Assembly: GCA_021108075.1 (NCBI GenBank) | Contig: JAIORP010000171.1 | Coordinates: forward strand, 68,041-132,040 | Source: Candidatus Omnitrophota bacterium | GTDB lineage: Bacteria > Omnitrophota > Gorgyraeia > Zapsychrales > Zapsychraceae | DNA length: 64,000 bases | Reading direction: 5' to 3' | In this document: positions 49,581-60,169 of the stretch, piece after piece | Layout of the letters: the number at the start of each line of letters is the position of its first letter | Position numbering within the stretch: the first letter of the stretch is position 1 | Made by a program: the position numbers and the translations under genes | Notes under the pieces: model-generated | Databases searched by the model: none | Told to the model about the DNA's origin: nothing | The model's input: the letters and a program-made list of their open reading frames with translations, nothing else

Positions 49581-51053
49581 ATGTTTATTGTGATTCATCC
49601 ATTTATAAATAGAATAATAAAATCAAAATTTATCTTTTCTGTCCTGATTATCATGGTCTGCACCTCGCTGGTGTACCTCATCTTCTGGGTCATCCAATTG
49701 AATGACCCTGCCAGATTCAAAGGTAAAGTCTTCGACCGCAGGATCACTACCGAAAAATTTGATGACGTCCGTAAACATCTGCGCCTGCAGGCGCGCTTGC
49801 AATATGGCGAACTTTTTGACTCGGTTGAGGCGTTAATTGATTGGGATGATCAAACATGGGAACAAATCATTCTTTTTGAACAAGCCCGTCAAAAGGGCGT
49901 CCGTGTCCGCAATAAAGAAGTCATTGAACAAATTGCGAAATATCCTTTTTTCCAAAGAAACGGATCCTTTGACTTTTCATATTATAAAATGATTGTTCGT
50001 GGGGTCCTGTATGTCGATCCTAAAGTTTTTGAGGAAAGTGTGCGTGAGGCCCTGATCATCAAAAAACTTTATGACCAGGTCACACAACACATCACCTGCA
50101 GTGATGAGGAAATTCTAAAAGAATACAGGCTTGAACACGAAAAGGCCCAACTCTCTTACCTGCTCATTCCCTTTACAGCCGCCGAGAAAGAAGTATCCGT
50201 CTCAGATCAAGAAGTAAGAAATTATTATGAAAACAATAAAAAAGAGCTCAAAGTCCCTCTTTCGATTAACATTGAATATATTCGCATGGATTACCCGGAA
50301 GAAGGCGGTATTCAAAAACAAGTCGAAACGAAATTCAAGGCCAGGGCGATCTATGACCAATACGCCGAAACCCCCGACCTTAAAACCTTAGCGGAAAAAT
50401 TCAAGTTTTCATTAAAGGAAACCGGATTTTTCACTAAAGACAAACCCAATCGAGACATGGGACTGCAGATCAGTGAAATTTGGCGGACATTCAACATGAA
50501 AAAAAACGAATTGCAATATCCGCTGGAAACCCCTCAAGGCTGGTTGATCCTTCGCGTCAAAGACATTCGGCAAAGCTACACCCCTGATCTTGAAGAGACC
50601 TATGAAACGATTCTCGATACGCTTAAATTTCAATCTCTGGTTGAGCAAACCGTTCAAAAAGCCCGGTCGATCACTGATGACATCTCACGAAACGGAGCCA
50701 CACCATCAATCAAAGCCATACAGGCCATCGCAAAAACGTCTCCGTCATACACGTTAAAAGACAGTCCTTTCTTACCGATCAACCAACTCATTGCGTACTT
50801 AGGAACCGCGCCCTCGCATACAGACATCCTTGCCGGGCTAAACGCTCAAGCCATCTTACTCCCTCCGATCCAAACATCCGAAGGAATCTGCCTGGCGCTC
50901 GTCATCCAATATCAACCGATTGATATGGATGAATATCTTAAAAATAAAAATTCTTTTCTATATGAACAGCTTGAGCAAAAGAAAAAAGCTGAATTCAATC
51001 AGTACAGCCAGGAACTGAAAGAAAAAGCGAACCTCCAATTGATCGTCCACTAA
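49581..51053 (+). CDS. SurA N-terminal / PpiD-like periplasmic chaperone
   Basis: N-terminal TM, FQRNGSFD..YY, VSDQEVRNYYENNK, ETGFF, ETPQGW. Confidence 0.75.
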   Translation: MFIVIHPFINRIIKSKFIFSVLIIMVCTSLVYLIFWVIQLNDPARFKGKVFDRRITTEKFDDVRKHLRLQARLQYGELFDSVEALIDWDDQTWEQIILFEQARQKGVRVRNKEVIEQIAKYPFFQRNGSFDFSYYKMIVRGVLYVDPKVFEESVREALIIKKLYDQVTQHITCSDEEILKEYRLEHEKAQLSYLLIPFTAAEKEVSVSDQEVRNYYENNKKELKVPLSINIEYIRMDYPEEGGIQKQVETKFKARAIYDQYAETPDLKTLAEKFKFSLKETGFFTKDKPNRDMGLQISEIWRTFNMKKNELQYPLETPQGWLILRVKDIRQSYTPDLEETYETILDTLKFQSLVEQTVQKARSITDDISRNGATPSIKAIQAIAKTSPSYTLKDSPFLPINQLIAYLGTAPSHTDILAGLNAQAILLPPIQTSEGICLALVIQYQPIDMDEYLKNKNSFLYEQLEQKKKAEFNQYSQELKEKANLQLIVH

Positions 51054-51222
51054 CGGATTTGTCCCATCCATGACTTTAAAATTTTCAAACAAAATGAGAA
51101 TAAAGTCAGTAAAAAAGCCCTTCAAGTCATAATAATTTTTCATTCTTCTGATATAATCTTGCCATCACACATAAACAGCAACAATGATGAACCTTGCTGC
51201 GCCTTTGACCTGGAGAACAATC

Positions 51223-51645
51223 ATGCTCAAAAAAATACTGAAAAATCTCTTTACGACTAACGATGCCGGACATAAGACCTTTAAGATCATGATCATTGAA
51301 CCACAGGACAAGACGATCAATCTATTCCGGCAGAGTCTGGAAAAAAACTATTGCATCCATTTTGCTTTAAATGGGAAAGAAGGAGTGAAGGTTGCCAATA
51401 CAGTACAGCCTGATTTCATATTTATCAACAATCAGCTGCCCGACATGACGGGATGTGAAGTTTGTAGCCAATTAAAAACGCAGACAAAATTCCACGATAT
51501 TCCAATAATTATGATCTTCTCGCAGGTCACGCCCGCAACAATCATAACATGCTATGAATCCGGGGCGGATAGTTATCTGACTCAACCTGTTGGGTCACGA
51601 GACATAAAAAATCAAGTTGAAGTGTTTATTGCCGAAAAAGAATAG
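51223..51645 (+). CDS. Receiver-domain protein with degenerate phosphorylation site
   Basis: REC fold (NGKEG, QPDFIFIN..LPDMTG.EVC, IPII, GADSYLTQP); start after GGAG. Confidence 0.8.
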   Translation: MLKKILKNLFTTNDAGHKTFKIMIIEPQDKTINLFRQSLEKNYCIHFALNGKEGVKVANTVQPDFIFINNQLPDMTGCEVCSQLKTQTKFHDIPIIMIFSQVTPATIITCYESGADSYLTQPVGSRDIKNQVEVFIAEKE

Positions 51646-51656
51646 TGGAGAAAAAA

Positions 51657-52049
51657 TCAATGCTCTTCAAATTTTTCTTTCCAAAGCAATTTAATAATAT
51701 CCGCCCTGGAAACAATACCCTTCAAACAACCATCCGAAACGATGGGAACCCGTCTAAATGGTTTATCCATCAAAAATTTACAAATCTCGTTGACATCAAC
51801 ATCCGGTTCAAATATCGCCACGTCCTTTGTCATAAAATCTTCGGCTTTCATTGTTAAAAGATCACTGCCGCTGGCTAGCAGCAAATGCATGACATCTTTT
51901 TCTGATATAACCCCCAGCAACTTCTTGTTTTCATCAACAACCGGAACACCAGTAATTTTTCTAATAGCCAGAATTTTTACAACCATCGATATCGGCGTCT
52001 CAGGGCCAACGACCAGCACATCTTTTACCATGATCTTTTCAACTTCCAT
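51657..52049 (-). CDS. CBS-domain protein
   Basis: ITGVPVVD, GVISEKD, RRVPIV, GIVSRADI; GGAGG RBS. Confidence 0.9.
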   Translation of the reverse strand: MEVEKIMVKDVLVVGPETPISMVVKILAIRKITGVPVVDENKKLLGVISEKDVMHLLLASGSDLLTMKAEDFMTKDVAIFEPDVDVNEICKFLMDKPFRRVPIVSDGCLKGIVSRADIIKLLWKEKFEEH

Positions 52050-52089
52050 TATTGCCTCCTTCACTTCGATATGTAATATAGTTATTATA

Positions 52090-52191
52090 TACCAAATCCA
52101 TTAATAAATTGTTCTATCTTAATTCTGATATTCTCGCTAAATCGTCGAGAAAAGCAGAATTGATTTTGGTCATTATTTAATGGAATTGGTA
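52090..52191. mobile_element. MITE-like element, subfamily A, 102 bp
   Basis: TACCAAATCCATTAA...TTAATGGAATTGGTA; flanks ATA/TTA (imperfect duplication). Confidence 0.88.
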
Positions 52192-52290
52192 TTATTATAC
52201 ATGTAGCGCTATATTTCAAAATGAATATTATAATATTTTTCAATTGCCAGGAACCTCCAGGTTTAACCCGACAGTCCACAGCCAACAAGA

Positions 52291-52854
52291 TCAACGGATT
52301 CCATCATAAACATACGCCTTGTTTTCGTTTGGCAAAAGAAATCCAATTAACGCGATTCTCATCTGATCATTAACTTGAACAACTCCAAAAGAATAGACCA
52401 CGTCCTCTTTTCTTTTCGAAATGTAATAAGACATAACCGCATGATATTCCAGGAGGGCGTTTCGGGTCAACACCTCCTGATCACTCGGAAATTGACGTTC
52501 TTTATAATAATCCGTTATCTGAAATTCCCATTCACGGCCGTATTGACTTCGAAAATGGTCGAGATACTCCATTAACTCAATGAGGGTTATCTCGTCTTTC
52601 AATTGATCAGAAAACAAATCATAGGCCTCTACAAAGTGCTCCTGCCCGATGAAATCATGAAATCTCCGAATAAATTCATCAATGGCCCGCCCATCGGCCT
52701 TGGAAACGATTCCGTATAACCGTTGCTGCCGGTGAAAACGGATTCCCGTGTGATAAATGCTTCTTTTTCCCGTTGATACAACCGGCATTGTCTGTCGCGT
52801 CGCGCAACCAAATAGAAATAAAGAAAGCAATATCAGAAAAAAAAAGTGTTTCAC
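52291..52854 (-). CDS. Hypothetical lipoprotein
   Basis: Hydrophobic leader ending in the lipobox LFGC. Confidence 0.7.
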   Translation of the reverse strand: MKHFFFLILLSLFLFGCATRQTMPVVSTGKRSIYHTGIRFHRQQRLYGIVSKADGRAIDEFIRRFHDFIGQEHFVEAYDLFSDQLKDEITLIELMEYLDHFRSQYGREWEFQITDYYKERQFPSDQEVLTRNALLEYHAVMSYYISKRKEDVVYSFGVVQVNDQMRIALIGFLLPNENKAYVYDGIR

Positions 52855-53189
52855 GCGTCCAGTATGCTCCCTTGTTTAAAATCAGATTCATCCATTAATG
52901 ACGTCAATTTCTTCTTGTAACGGTCAAAACACTGACGGAGAATATCGTCAATGGACGCATCATGCTCTAATAACAACTCAAAACACAGAATCAATAAATC
53001 TCCTGTTTCAACCAATCCATGCTTGTCCTCACGGCTTAACAATTCCTGGATTTCGTCAACATGATGCCGCATCAAGTCTAACAAACGTTCCTGATGCCCC
53101 ACCTGTACTGTTTTATTGTATTCAAGGGATAGTTTATGAATATAGCGGAGTTCACTTAAAGCTTCTGACGATATCACCGGCGGATTCAT
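52851..53189 (-). CDS. Small helical protein, possibly MazG-like pyrophosphatase fold
   Basis: DEIQELL...VETGDLL pattern resembles MazG EExxE...ExGDxL. Confidence 0.5.
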   Translation of the reverse strand: MNPPVISSEALSELRYIHKLSLEYNKTVQVGHQERLLDLMRHHVDEIQELLSREDKHGLVETGDLLILCFELLLEHDASIDDILRQCFDRYKKKLTSLMDESDFKQGSILDA

Positions 53190-53209
53190 GCGCCTCCATT
53201 CTTAAAATA

Positions 53210-54802
53210 TTATTTATGATAATGGGTCCCCTGCATAAGCCCAAAAACGATAATGGCAAAGGGAACCAGCATCAAACACATTAAGACAACCCGCTTCTGC
53301 AAAGATGTTAAATATAATTGCTCAACTTTCATCAAGGATTTCTCAGGCAAAAAAAGCTTGTAGTCCAATTCTGATAACCACCGCACCATATTTAAGCCCA
53401 TTTCGGCATTGCTGTAATGCCCGATGTAAGCATTACTAATGAAGTCCACATCCGTCATAATAATTAAGCGGGTGTCGGAATGTTTCTCTGCGCTTTTCGG
53501 TTCCCAGGCAACGAAAGAAAAAGGAACCGGCCCGGGGAAATCAATGCCCTTGTCATATTTTATCCTTAACATTCGGTCTGTCTCTCCCCAGCTTAAATTC
53601 TCAGAGGATGCGGTTAAAACAAGCGGAGCGATCTTGACGTTCGGACGGCGGTCTTCTAAAATCTTGATAGATCGGGGTCTAATATAGAATGTATAATCCA
53701 ACTGATCGACGATAGCACGATGGGACATATAATTGCGGGTGGCCGGACTACCGACATCACCGCTGGCATGACTAACGGTATCCACAACAATGTCCCGTAA
53801 GACAATCAGTCCCCAATCCTGAATGATCTCGTTCAAAGACGGATTTTTTCTTTTTTCTTCTTCTGTTAAAGGCTTATCCTGTGTTGTGATCACCGTATGT
53901 TCAACCAACAAAAGGGCGTCTCCTCCTGCCCGTAAATATTTCTTGATTGTTGCCGTCTCATCCGCTGATAGATCATCCGTTGGCCCGGCTACGACCAAAA
54001 GATCACAATCTTTTGGCAATTGATCTCTCGAACCGATCACAATTTCTTTGACCATAAAATTGTTCGCGACTAAAAGCGAAGCAAAGATGCTTAATCCACT
54101 CTCCTTCTCTTTTAACAGCGGCCTTTCGCCATGACCTGTCAGAAAATACACCTGCCGCACAGGACGTGTGACGCGGACAATCGCATTGGAAACAACCTCT
54201 TCATCAAGAGCTTCCCGGGTAAAATCAAATTCCTGCTTTTCCTGACCGGATTGAACAATGATTCGTTTTTGATTGCTATCAATAATTTGGCCAAACTGGG
54301 CAACATGCCCGAGATCCACTAAAGGATCAATAATATCAAAATGGATCCGTCCGTTCGATAATCGCGCATACTCTCTTAAAAAATCTTCGATATATTTCGG
54401 TGGTATCCCCTTCAGGATGACAGTGATATTGACATCCTTATCCAGGGAATCCAGCACTTGAACCGTCTGCCGGGTCAGGGTGTGTTGCTTCAGTTTTGTC
54501 ACATCCCACCGGATATCATTTTTTTGCGCCCAGTAATTAAGTCCAATCATGACGAACAGTGTTGCAACGATAAGAAAAAAAATATGAACACATTTCTTCA
54601 CAAGGGCCATGGAAATGCGCTTAGAGCGCCCCATAGAAGAGCGGATCATTCCGACAACGAAAAGAATAAGGCCGCAAAGAAAAAGGACATAAAACAGGAA
54701 TGCACATCCCCGCGTGATGACATAAAGACCACAGGCGATGAATAAAAACATCAAACCCAGCAACAAAAATATTTGTTTCGAAAAAACTCTATTTATTCCC
54801 AT
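53210..54802 (-). CDS. GldG-like ABC transporter auxiliary component
   Basis: RWDVTK...HTL, VYFLTGHGE, LVVAGP, YL.AGG, WGETD; downstream of permease and ATPase. Confidence 0.85.
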   Translation of the reverse strand: MGINRVFSKQIFLLLGLMFLFIACGLYVITRGCAFLFYVLFLCGLILFVVGMIRSSMGRSKRISMALVKKCVHIFFLIVATLFVMIGLNYWAQKNDIRWDVTKLKQHTLTRQTVQVLDSLDKDVNITVILKGIPPKYIEDFLREYARLSNGRIHFDIIDPLVDLGHVAQFGQIIDSNQKRIIVQSGQEKQEFDFTREALDEEVVSNAIVRVTRPVRQVYFLTGHGERPLLKEKESGLSIFASLLVANNFMVKEIVIGSRDQLPKDCDLLVVAGPTDDLSADETATIKKYLRAGGDALLLVEHTVITTQDKPLTEEEKRKNPSLNEIIQDWGLIVLRDIVVDTVSHASGDVGSPATRNYMSHRAIVDQLDYTFYIRPRSIKILEDRRPNVKIAPLVLTASSENLSWGETDRMLRIKYDKGIDFPGPVPFSFVAWEPKSAEKHSDTRLIIMTDVDFISNAYIGHYSNAEMGLNMVRWLSELDYKLFLPEKSLMKVEQLYLTSLQKRVVLMCLMLVPFAIIVFGLMQGTHYHK

Positions 54803-55503
54803 AACTTTTTATCAATACTGACACACGTCAATAATAAACACATGACTATTCCGCTCGCATAATACACAAAATCGGCTAAAGAGAATAGTCCGATACTAAA
54901 ATTATCAAAATGTGTCATCGTGCATAACTGCCGCAAGAACTCGGCCATCGCACCTTGAAAATAGGTGGTTACGCTTGCGGAGAAATACAAAATAAATAAT
55001 AATAAATACGTTGTGATTGCCGCGATCATTTGACTGCTCGTCCACGACGAGACCAGAATCCCGATGGCGATAAACAAACCGCCTTCTAATAACACACCTA
55101 AATAACCCGTCATAACAGCGGACAGGTCTGGATTCCCGAATATTTCTATTAGCACATAGTATATTCCCGTCAAACCGACTAAGACTGAGAAAAAAGTGAA
55201 CACGCCCAAAAACTTGCCTAAAACGATGGTTAGATGCGACGTTGGTGTTGTCAACAGAAATTCCATCGTCCCACTCAACTTCTCCCCGGCAAAAGTCTTC
55301 ATGGTTAAAATCGGAACAATAAACACAAACATAAATTCCATGACCTTAAAAACATCCCTTAAACTTGCCTCTTGATTATGATCAATGATGAGATAAAAAA
55401 AGAAATGAAAAACAGATATCGTAATGCATAAAATAACATACGCCAGGGGGGATCGAAACAACGTGGCTAATTCTTTCTTTATGATAATAAAAACTTTAGA
55501 CAT
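54793..55503 (-). CDS. ABC-2 type permease (GldF-like)
   Basis: KEL...FRSPLAY, PILTM..FAGEK.SGTMEFLLT.P, VLGKF. Confidence 0.9.
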   Translation of the reverse strand: MSKVFIIIKKELATLFRSPLAYVILCITISVFHFFFYLIIDHNQEASLRDVFKVMEFMFVFIVPILTMKTFAGEKLSGTMEFLLTTPTSHLTIVLGKFLGVFTFFSVLVGLTGIYYVLIEIFGNPDLSAVMTGYLGVLLEGGLFIAIGILVSSWTSSQMIAAITTYLLLFILYFSASVTTYFQGAMAEFLRQLCTMTHFDNFSIGLFSLADFVYYASGIVMCLLLTCVSIDKKLWE

Positions 55504-55515
55504 ACATCCGCCAGC

Positions 55516-56442
55516 CTATTTTCGGTTATAGGTTAAAAATACATCTTCCAAAGAGTGTTTGACCGTATCGACGGCGAGAATCTCTACCTGCTCACGCAAC
55601 AATTGTTCAAATAGCTTGTTGCCGTTCGATAAAGAGATGTCCTGGCGCAGCACGCAACAGACGCCATCAGCCCCGGCCTCAAACGCTTCTATTTCTACGC
55701 CCGCATGCTCTTTTAAAATCGTTTCAATTCTTGCGGGGTCACCTCTTAATCTTAACTTTAATTTATGCCTATTCTCTCCACCGGAAGTTAATTCTTCGAT
55801 GGCAGCATCGGCAACGATCTTCCCCGAACGTAAAATGATGACGCGTTGGGCCATCTGCTCAATCTCAGACAAAATATGCGTGCTTAATAATACCGTCCGT
55901 TTTTTTTCTAGACTTTTGATCAACTGACGAACTTCCAAAATCTGGCAAGGATCAAGCCCCACTGTCGGTTCATCCAAAATAAGAATGTCAGGATCGTTAA
56001 TAATAGCCTGTGCAATCCCAACCCGCTGGCAGTATCCCTTGGATAATGTGGCAATAACCTTATTTTGGACATCCCTTAACTGACACTGATCCAGGACTTT
56101 CTCCAATTGCCGTCGTTGATTCTTTCGAACAACATTTTTTAAATGAACGGCAAACATTAAAAACTCATTTACCGTCATGTGTGGGTATAAGGGTGGATTC
56201 TCGGAAAGATAACCGATCTTCTCTCGCAGATGGATTGTATTCTTAGAGATTAAAACATTATCTATATACAACGCCCCATCAGACATTTTAGAATAATTCG
56301 TTAAAATACGCATCAAGGTGGTCTTTCCTGCGCCATTGTGACCTAAGAAGCCAACAATTTCACCCTCCTGGATTTCAAAAGAGATGTCATGCAGAACATG
56401 CTGGGAACCATACCATTTATGTATATTTTTAGCTCTGATCAT
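55516..56442 (-). CDS. ABC transporter ATP-binding protein (GldA-like)
   Basis: GHNGAGKTT, LSKGYCQRVG, ILDEPT, STHIL. Confidence 0.93.
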   Translation of the reverse strand: MIRAKNIHKWYGSQHVLHDISFEIQEGEIVGFLGHNGAGKTTLMRILTNYSKMSDGALYIDNVLISKNTIHLREKIGYLSENPPLYPHMTVNEFLMFAVHLKNVVRKNQRRQLEKVLDQCQLRDVQNKVIATLSKGYCQRVGIAQAIINDPDILILDEPTVGLDPCQILEVRQLIKSLEKKRTVLLSTHILSEIEQMAQRVIILRSGKIVADAAIEELTSGGENRHKLKLRLRGDPARIETILKEHAGVEIEAFEAGADGVCCVLRQDISLSNGNKLFEQLLREQVEILAVDTVKHSLEDVFLTYNRK

Positions 56443-56474
56443 AAAAATGACAAATCGTAATATTGCAAGTTTTA

Positions 56475-56575
56475 TACCAAATCCATTAAATAATTGTCCT
56501 ATTTGAACACCAATATTCTCGTTTAAACGTCGAGAATATCATACTGACTTTGGCAATTATTTAATGAATTTGGTA
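56475..56575. mobile_element. MITE-like element, subfamily B, 101 bp
   Basis: TACCAAATCCATTAAATAAT...ATTATTTAATGAATTTGGTA; TTA flanks; the right TTA is the stop codon of 56576-57430. Confidence 0.88.
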
Positions 56576-57430
56576 TTATAAATTGTTTATGGATCTAAAA
56601 ATGGAAGAATAATCCTGATCCTCTAATCCCATTTCTAAACTTTTTCTGATGACATTTGTTAATGCGCGCATTAATTGTGTATCAATGTTCTGCTCTTGGG
56701 CTTCTTTAATAATTAAAGACACGTCTTTTAACAGGTGTTTGGTTGGGAAATTCGGATTCGAGAAATCACGTTTGATCCATCCTTCAAATTTTTTATCATA
56801 CATCGGAGCGTACAATGAACTTTTTTTAAGAATCGTATTAAAGACCTCGACCGGAACGCCTTTTTTCTCAACCATGCCCAAGCTAAAAGAAAAAGCATAC
56901 GCATGGGCAGCAATCAGATGATTCAATGCTAACTTAATGGTTGCGGCCATACCCACTTGACCGATGTAAAAAGACGGGCCTAAAACATCCAGATAATCTT
57001 TTTGTGCCTGATACAGGCCAGAATCCCCGCCAACCATGATCAGCAGGGCGCCCTTGCTTGTTTCATTTCGGCTCCCTAATACTGGGGCTTCAAGGTATTC
57101 CCCTCCTTTAGACCTAATATATTCGTCCAGGTCAACACTTTCTTTCGAGGTAATGGTACCCATCTGAAGGATCAACTTATTCTCAAAAACCAAATCATCC
57201 TTTTTGATAAGCGCATCAATCGCGCGCTTTTCGGATAAGACCAATAAAATCCTATCTGAATGTTCCAACGCAACGCGAATATTATCCGCCACATGGATAC
57301 CCATGGCGCTTAATTTAAGCGCCTTCTCTTTCGTCCGGTTATAGACCATAAGGTCAAAACCTTGCTGTGATAAACGCCGCGCAATGGCACTGCCTAAAGT
57401 TCCTGTTCCAATAAGAGTTAATTTTTTCAT
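56576..57430 (-). CDS. NAD(P)-dependent beta-hydroxyacid dehydrogenase (3-hydroxyisobutyrate DH family)
   Basis: IGTGTLG, YNRT, EAPVLGS, IMVGG, KLALN, KD. Confidence 0.88.
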   Translation of the reverse strand: MKKLTLIGTGTLGSAIARRLSQQGFDLMVYNRTKEKALKLSAMGIHVADNIRVALEHSDRILLVLSEKRAIDALIKKDDLVFENKLILQMGTITSKESVDLDEYIRSKGGEYLEAPVLGSRNETSKGALLIMVGGDSGLYQAQKDYLDVLGPSFYIGQVGMAATIKLALNHLIAAHAYAFSFSLGMVEKKGVPVEVFNTILKKSSLYAPMYDKKFEGWIKRDFSNPNFPTKHLLKDVSLIIKEAQEQNIDTQLMRALTNVIRKSLEMGLEDQDYSSIFRSINNL

Positions 57431-58077
57431 TTTAAATATTTTTTAATAACATCATAAATGCGTTCGGCGATCATCTCGTTCCCACGTTCATCGGGATGGA
57501 GCCAATCGACCTTATTTAACGGATGCCCCCAAATGTTTTCCATAACATCGGGGACGAGCAGGGTATTATATGCTTCTGAAAGATTATAATACCCCTCCAG
57601 ATATTTATTTCTCATTTTCCGGTTATTAAACGAAACAATGCAAACCATCGCTCCAAAATCATGAATTTTATCGATCATCTCCGAAATATGCTTATGTGTT
57701 TGATCATAGGGAACACCTTGATAAAAATCATTTGTGCCTAAAAAAATGACCACAAGTCGGGGCTCCTGGCTTAAAACATCCTGAAACAGCCTCTCGAGGG
57801 CATCAGCGCTCGTATCACCATTCACACCGGAGTTAACAACCTCAATATTTTTTCTCAACATTCCAGTCAAATAAGCGGGGTAGGTGTTTTCGCGGTTGAC
57901 GCCTATCCCCAATGTCAGGCTATCGCCAAAACAAATGATTCTTTCTCCATCAGAATCCATATTGGTAATTTTTTTTGCGCAACTGCACACGCTGACTGAT
58001 AAGACCATGAACAAAAAAATAAAAATAAAATTTTTGGTTTTCATTTCTTTCAACCTTAATACAATCAAATGTCCCAT
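57427..58077 (-). CDS. SGNH/GDSL arylesterase-like lipoprotein
   Basis: FGDSLT, NSGVNGDT, LGTND, DWLHP. Confidence 0.9.
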   Translation of the reverse strand: MGHLIVLRLKEMKTKNFIFIFLFMVLSVSVCSCAKKITNMDSDGERIICFGDSLTLGIGVNRENTYPAYLTGMLRKNIEVVNSGVNGDTSADALERLFQDVLSQEPRLVVIFLGTNDFYQGVPYDQTHKHISEMIDKIHDFGAMVCIVSFNNRKMRNKYLEGYYNLSEAYNTLLVPDVMENIWGHPLNKVDWLHPDERGNEMIAERIYDVIKKYLK

Positions 58078-58104
58078 CCCTGACCTGATGACAACACATC
58101 CATT

Positions 58105-58629
58105 CTAAACGAAGTGATGCCGGATATGATAAGCAGCAATACCGAAAGCAACCGAAACATTAAGAGAATTTTTAATCCCTTTCATATAAATATCTATCGC
58201 ATCATCAACAAAAGGCAAAAGTTCCTCACTGATACCATCGATCTCATTGCCAACGACTAAACAAACTGGTTTTCGGGGGATAAAATCATAATAATCATAA
58301 CATTGATCAGTTTGCTCTAATATAACAATCTGATAATTTTGTTGTTTTAATTCTTCCACAACAGAAAGAACATCCCGCGCGTACTCCCAGTCGACGCGGT
58401 CTTCTGCCCCAATGGCTGTTTTGCTGATCTGTGATTGAGGCGGATAACCTGTTATACCACATAACCACAATTTTCGAATGCCCACGCCATCACACGTCCG
58501 AAAGATGGACCCCACATTATGCAAACTACGGATATCGTTCAAGACAACATCAAAAGAAAGCAACGGTTCTGACTGACGAATAGATTGACGATTGACGATT
58601 TCCTCATGTGTGAACTTTTTCATAAACAA
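58105..58629 (-). CDS. TrmH/SpoU family RNA methyltransferase
   Basis: HNVGSIFRT, VGNEIDGI, SLNVSVA. Confidence 0.92.
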   Translation of the reverse strand: MFMKKFTHEEIVNRQSIRQSEPLLSFDVVLNDIRSLHNVGSIFRTCDGVGIRKLWLCGITGYPPQSQISKTAIGAEDRVDWEYARDVLSVVEELKQQNYQIVILEQTDQCYDYYDFIPRKPVCLVVGNEIDGISEELLPFVDDAIDIYMKGIKNSLNVSVAFGIAAYHIRHHFV

Positions 58630-58632
58630 TAA

Positions 58633-59022
58633 CTAATCCGTATGACTTTGAACCTGGTTAAGAATATAACGCAGAATATCTCTTCGGCTGACCACCCCAA
58701 GAACTTTTTTGTCCTCAACAATCGGCACACGTAATATATTCTTTTGAATTAAAATATGGCTGATCTCTTTAATCGGCGTGTCCTGCGGAACGCTGATAAC
58801 ATCCCGGTTAACATAATCGCGGATCGGTGCCTTGACCTGACCGAGAAAATCATATGCGACGATAAGATCTTTCCCCGAAAGCACACCGAATATTTCATTA
58901 TTCTCATCTGTCACGATTAATCCGCTAATTTCAATCTCAACTAATAACTTAATAGCGTCTTTGATTAATATTGAAGGTAAAACGGTTAAAACTTGTGTTG
59001 TCATGATGTCTTTTGCTAGCAT
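58633..59022 (-). CDS. CBS-domain protein
   Basis: AKDIMT, RVPIVE, GVVSRRDIL; GAGGAGG RBS. Confidence 0.9.
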   Translation of the reverse strand: MLAKDIMTTQVLTVLPSILIKDAIKLLVEIEISGLIVTDENNEIFGVLSGKDLIVAYDFLGQVKAPIRDYVNRDVISVPQDTPIKEISHILIQKNILRVPIVEDKKVLGVVSRRDILRYILNQVQSHTD

Positions 59023-59168
59023 ATTCCTCCTCTTTTTAAACTATGATAATACCCAAGATATAATCTGAATTCAATAAAATAAATTCCGGACATTCTCAAA
59101 AAAAGCCGTTCCTGCTTTCGCCATGTTGCTCTGATAAATCGGGCGTTCGCGAATTAAAATCAACGAAC

Positions 59169-60029
59169 CTAGGTTAGGATCTTATGGATCTCTTCTAACA
59201 AATGGGCACAATCTCTTGTCTTGGCACAGTAAGCATCCGATCCTGCTTCCCGCGCCTTCTTTGCGTCAACAGCTTCAATCAAACCAGTAATAATAATAAC
59301 TTTCCCTTGATAATTTTCAATCTTTTTTATCTTCGAACATGTTTCAAACCCGTCAATACCTGTCAGTTGGGTATCCACTAAAACAATCTCCGGTTTTTGT
59401 TGCTCGACAAATGCAATCCCGTCTTCACCTGATGCTTCCAAAAAAACCTCAAAAAAACCCGCTTGATTTAATAAACGCCGCAACAACTTTTGGTCCTGGG
59501 GATTGTCGTCAATAACAAGAATTCTGGTGCGATGGGTAACGTCCTTAGACTCTTCACGCATTGATTTAGGCAATTTATTAACGATATGCCAATAAAAATT
59601 AAAGGTATCCACAACCTTCACAAACTCATCGTAAATAACAGGTTTGGGAATATAACTACTGGCGCCATACCCATAACTCCGCAAAACATCTTCGTCATTT
59701 TTTGAAGACGTCAGCATAACCACAGGAATTGTTTTTAAATCATTATCCGCTTTGATTCTATTTAAGACTTCAAATCCATCCATTTTAGGCATATTGATGT
59801 CCAGCAGAATAATACCCGGCCGAGGGCTCCTGCGCTTATCCTTAAAGGCACCACGGTTATACAGAAAGTCCAACGCCTCCATACCGTCAGTAACAACAAA
59901 AACATTATTCTTCAACCTTGCTTTCTCAAAGGCGCGCAATGAAATTTTAATATCAGCTTCATTATCATCAATTAATAGGATATTAATCGCGGCAACCGAT
60001 GAATCCCTCTTCATGTCCTCATCCTTCAT
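59169..60029 (-). CDS. Response regulator with two tandem receiver domains
   Basis: REC1 ILLIDD..LLDINMP..LTSS..KP (Rcp1-like); REC2 LVIDD..LVDTQL; no output domain. Confidence 0.88.
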   Translation of the reverse strand: MKDEDMKRDSSVAAINILLIDDNEADIKISLRAFEKARLKNNVFVVTDGMEALDFLYNRGAFKDKRRSPRPGIILLDINMPKMDGFEVLNRIKADNDLKTIPVVMLTSSKNDEDVLRSYGYGASSYIPKPVIYDEFVKVVDTFNFYWHIVNKLPKSMREESKDVTHRTRILVIDDNPQDQKLLRRLLNQAGFFEVFLEASGEDGIAFVEQQKPEIVLVDTQLTGIDGFETCSKIKKIENYQGKVIIITGLIEAVDAKKAREAGSDAYCAKTRDCAHLLEEIHKILT

Positions 60030-60169
60030 ACTTCTCTCCTATTTAAGGTTCAACATATATTTCATTCATCTCAATCATAACTTATTACATTCAAATAAAA
60101 AACAATATATTTATCAACCCACAGGTTCACTTCTTTTTATAAAAAGCGTTATCTATACCGGCGCGGGCA

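Noticed and set aside
52085-52294. ORFs spanning MITE copies (also 40367-40552, 42915-43112, 62381-62602)
   Set aside because: Chance open frames through the repeat; no shared start or consistent product
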